The notes below the pieces were generated by a model that did not search any database, was not told the DNA's origin, and saw nothing but the letters and a program-made list of their open reading frames with translations. 64,000 nt of DNA from the human T2T-CHM13v2.0 reference genome, Homo sapiens, in NCBI RefSeq assembly GCF_009914755.1, contig NC_060927.1; one strand, given 5' to 3'. Below, piece after piece: positions 59,526 to 64,000 of this stretch (positions within the stretch are counted from its first letter, which is position 1; each line of letters starts with the position of its first letter). The translations under genes were made by a program, and so were the position numbers.

Positions 59526-60196
59526 GGACATGCTCTCATAGCACTATATAGAAAATAGTGCTGGAAGATAAGCACAAATTGGAAACAAAAGTAAAGAATA
59601 ACTTATGCATGCTCTTGACTGGGAAGAAATTTTCAGATAACATTTGTTAACTTTTATAAAACTGCCAAAAATTGTGTGTTGGAGAAGTCTAATTATAAGA
59701 ACTACAGAATTTTATATCCCCTTCAATCAGAAGGTTGAACCTGAAGAGGCCCCCTGAAATCTATAAGAAAAATGGGAGACAAGGAGAAAAACATAATCTT
59801 TGTTGAAAACTGCAAAATTTTCTTATCCTAATTGTAGTATTTATTATTACTATCATAAGGAGAGAAGAGCTGTCAAGTTTCAGAAAACAGGGATTTTTCG
59901 GGAGAATACTGGGCCCCTATAGATCTTAAGTAGGGCCAGCAGAGCAGCCACTTCTCCATGGCACACACACAGAGCAAAACTAAGGACACTTTCCTGAAAA
60001 ATAAAGATTGGGTGAATAGGAGGGCTATTGAAACTTCTCTGAATCCCACTGAACATCTTAGAGTGGAGGAAAACTGGGCAAAAACAAAACAAAACAAAAC
60101 AAGAATTATACAGACATACCATGTTTTTAACTCTGCACTAGGACAGAAGGGAATCTGTGGGGTAGTTTAGCAGCCTTGCAACTGAAGAGAAGCTCA

Positions 60197-60250
60197 ACAC
60201 ACACAAATATCTCACACACACACACACACACACACATACACATACATACA
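60197..60250. repeat. (CA)n/(CATA)n microsatellite
   Basis: Direct reading. Confidence 0.85.
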
Positions 60251-61819
60251 TCCCACACCTTGTGTTATATGGAGCTGCACTCTGGACGAAGAAGGCTTTC
60301 TTCTAGCTGAGATCATTTTTCTAACCCTAAATAGACACTATCCTTCCAGAAATATGTGGTGCATTAAAAAATGAAGCTTGTACAAAAAAATACTTCTCTC
60401 ATTTTACAAACAAAAAATGAAACTGTTCAAAGCTTCCCTTGCTGTTTTAGTGCAAATTCTGTAAGAAGGAAAAAGGAATAAAGGAATATGAAAAAGAAAA
60501 GGCAGATGAAACAACAGCAGAAAAGTTTTGCTATGGAGCACATGAAGATATTAACCAGAATCTCTTCCAAGAATTCAAAGGATGTAATGAAAAAGTGTTC
60601 TCTATAAAATGTGAGTGCAATGCAGAGATACAGGGGTTCATGGAATAAATGAAAAGACAACAAAAGGAAATGAAAAAGTAAGCTGGCAGAGCTCAAAAAA
60701 GAAGTGGAAATGAAAATTGAACCTCACATCATATAAATGAAGGCCACATTGGGAGCAGGTAAAGGAAGGACAGAATCTGCTGATAGTACAGCCAGGATAA
60801 AAAAAAAAAAAAAAAACGAGGAAAATAAAAATAATGAAATGGAAAAGAAATGAGAAAGAAATGTATACTTGGAAGAGGAAAATGTTCAGATATAATATTC
60901 AAGATTTTTCCTTTGAAATAAAAGATCTGATGCTACATATTGAATGAATATATTTTATCTCGGGAAATAATAGTTACAGTGGCTCAAAAGCAAGGGGAAA
61001 CTCCATTGAGGATATAAGGAAAAAATATGAGCTTACTTAAGAGTGAGAAAAATCAGTCTGACTTTTTACCTCACAGCAATATTCATTGCCAACATATGGC
61101 TAATCAATGCTTATTAAGTTTGTGAGGAAAAAATGTGACATGTATTTTATACACCATTAGCTGTTATCCAAATATAACATGGTGGCAAATTAACCACTTT
61201 TTAAAAAGTTGCTGGAAATATAGTAGCCTTAAAATATTTTAAAGAAACAATTGCGAGATAAATTGAAGCAGCCAAATAATAAATGGGAAATATCTGATAA
61301 AAAGACTATTAGTAAACATTGCATTCATCTTAATTAAGGCTAAGTTTAAAACAATTGTGGGAATTATGGCTACATGATAGAAGATAAATATTATAAATTA
61401 TAACAATTGTAGAGATTTTAACATAGTGCTAACAAGGCATAAACTGGAAAGACAGAGAAGGCAAAGGAGTATAGGTATACTGGTCTTATTTCCTCATTCA
61501 AGTTTGTGGGGTACATGGGAGAGATCTGTGTCAAAACATATTATTTAAATATAACAATTCAATAAGTGTGTTTAAGTGTATAAAGGTACATTCTAGAATT
61601 TAGAATGCTTCAATTGAGATGTTAAGAATAAAAATACACCCAACTAAAATCAGATGGAGGAGCGAAATGAAAAAAAAAAAGAGAAAGCAGAATCATATTA
61701 ATTTCATTACCATTTATACTGAGTTACCATGTACTAAATAAAGAAGTTTACTATATTATATAATGTCTGCACTATCTAAACAAAGTTCCCTAAATTATGT
61801 AAGAGTATATTTATAAGGC

Positions 61820-64000
61820 CCATGTAGAGAACGATGGAGTGCACATACCTTTTCCTATTGCTCTCTTTCAACATAGTAAACATTCCACACAATGTAGAAA
61901 ACAAACATAAGTCTCTGAAATATGAAGAAAAGAAGGCAGATTGGATAAGAAACTTAGAAATCTAGGAAACAACATGATGGTGAGTTCCCTGGTTTTGTTT
62001 TGTTTTGTTTTTTGTCTCATATATCCCAGACTGAGTGCTGGAGAAACCTGCAACCCAGGTAGGCCAATGGGTGCAGACAAAGGTCTAAGATACAATTGAT
62101 TTCTCTAGTCAAAGGACAGGAAAGGGGGCAGTCTAGCGATACAGAAAACTTTTAGAAAATAACTGGTCTTCTTCAGGCAAACACTACAAAATGAAACTGT
62201 GTCCTCAATCCCAATCCCATGAGCAAGGGCCAAATGAGGAGTGTGCACTTCAAACCCCATCCTGATATGAGAAGGTACCCCTCTCTACCCCACACACCAG
62301 GATTGTGTAAGAGAAGGCATTGTGGGGAGTTTGGACTTCATCTCTACCAGATAGTAACAAGCCCTCTAACTATGCAGTGTCCATGGTGACCATGTGATGT
62401 GAAGAGTGTGGACTTTCACCTCCACCAGATAGCAAGGAGACATCGCTCCTCCCTTCTGGGTGGTATCAGAGGAGGTCTAGTAGAGAGTCAGAATTCCCAC
62501 AACCACCAAGCAGTAATGAATGTAGTGTCAGTGGAGATCAGGTGGGAGCCATAGGATGCACCTCTAATCCTATCAGTGACATTGGTATTAGCAGAGGCCT
62601 AGTGATGAGCTGAATTCCCATCCTGCCCCAGCAGGAAACAGCCCCATTTATCCAGTCTCCTACTTGGTGACCATGTAGGGAACTTGAACTTCTACCTGGT
62701 GAACCCTTATTCTCACCAGTGTAATATAGGAGGAGGAGACTGCTAAAATGGAAAATTTAAATGAGATCCATGTTCTGGTATCATAATATTCAAAATTTCC
62801 AGGTTTCAATTTTTAAAAATTCATCAACCAACAACTTGGAGAATTTCAACTTAAGGAAAAGGAGACAATCAACAGATGCCAACACAGAGAGGACACTAAT
62901 GTTAAATTTATCTGACAAGAATTTTAAAGCATTTATCATAAAAATACCTCAATGAGTAACTACAGATATAATTAAGACAAATAAAAAATTAAAAGGCTCA
63001 GCAAAGAATAAAAGACCTTAAGAAGAACCAAATGGAAATTTTAGAACTGGAAAATAAAATTACCAAAATAAAAAGCTCAATGGATGAGTTCAACAGCAGA
63101 ATGAAGTGGACAGAGGAACAAACCAATGAACTTGAAGGAATGATGGAAATTACCCAACCTGAACAACAAAGAGAGAAAAAAATAGCAACCAACAAACACA
63201 CACACACAGCCTCAGAGACCTGTAGTACTATAAGAAAATATCTACCATTATGTCATCTGAGTCCCAGAAGAGGAAAAAGAGGGTGGAAATGAAAAAATAT
63301 TTAAAGGAATAATGGCTGAAAATTTTCTGAATGTGACAATAAACATAAACCTACATATTGAAGAAGCTGTGTTAATGCCAAACAAGATAAACTCAAAGAA
63401 ATTTACAAAAGTCATATCAACATCAAACTTCTGAAAATTATATACTGATTTAACTAATATATAAATATATGTTAAATAATGTATTCAATCAATTGATATA
63501 TTAAATATAATCTATATTTTAATTCAATTAATAAATATTGAATAAACTATATTCATTTTAATATGAATAATTAATACATATTTTATATATCAAATACATT
63601 AATATATATTTCATTTTCAGAAGCTTGATATTGATATTTCTTTTGTAGATAGGTGTTGAGAGAGAAACAACAACACCTTAGCTATAGAAGAAATACTAAT
63701 AGAATGATAGAATGACAGCAGCGTTCTCATCAAAAGTCATGGAAGGGGTGTAACATATCTGAAGTGCTAAAAAAAAAACAAAACCCTATCAAACCAGAAT
63801 CATATTTCCAGGAAAAGAATCCTTCAAGAATGGAAAGGAGATTTTAAAAAATTCTCAGATGAAGGAAAACAGAGCATTTGTTGCTAGCAGACTTAACCTA
63901 AAGGAATGGCTAAAGAAACTTCTGGAAACCAAAAGAAAATGACAAAGAATCTTGGAACAGCAGGAAAATTAGAATGCATAAAGCAAAGAGTAAAAATATA
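61820..64000 (+). mobile_element. Old L1 (L1M) 5'UTR plus ORF1, running off the window end
   Basis: ORF 63032-63292 MEILELENKITKIKSSMDEFNSRM is L1 ORF1 coiled coil. Later aaataatggctgaaaatt and ttctcagatgaaggaaaac motifs. Confidence 0.85.

Overview
AT-rich primate (human-like) genomic DNA with no intact protein-coding gene. About half is interspersed repeat: Alu, L1, MIR/L2, MER1A/MER5A/MER44, MaLR LTRs and a solo HERV-H LTR7-family LTR. It also holds a processed RPL21 pseudogene, a ~1.5-kb CT-rich tract and a ~520-bp TA/CA minisatellite. The main signal is a chain of decayed + strand exons, each ~126-132 bp and phase 1-1, encoding tandem MEGF-type (laminin-EGF-like) 8-Cys repeats. These are clear at 36021, 45069, 51112, 56085 and 58938, probable at 7856 and 36567, and weaker elsewhere. 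The three 3' exons follow the order and junction residues of consecutive MEGF6 repeats as recalled from memory (unverified), but in an AT-rich, long-intron setting. The window therefore looks like the fossil C-terminal part of an unprocessed MEGF6 paralog, most plausibly the EGFEM1/EGFEM1P locus (inference). Other notable structures are an apparent L1 3' transduction, a composite insertion apparently copied from two nearby templates, a fold-back inversion in an L1, and several nested insertions.
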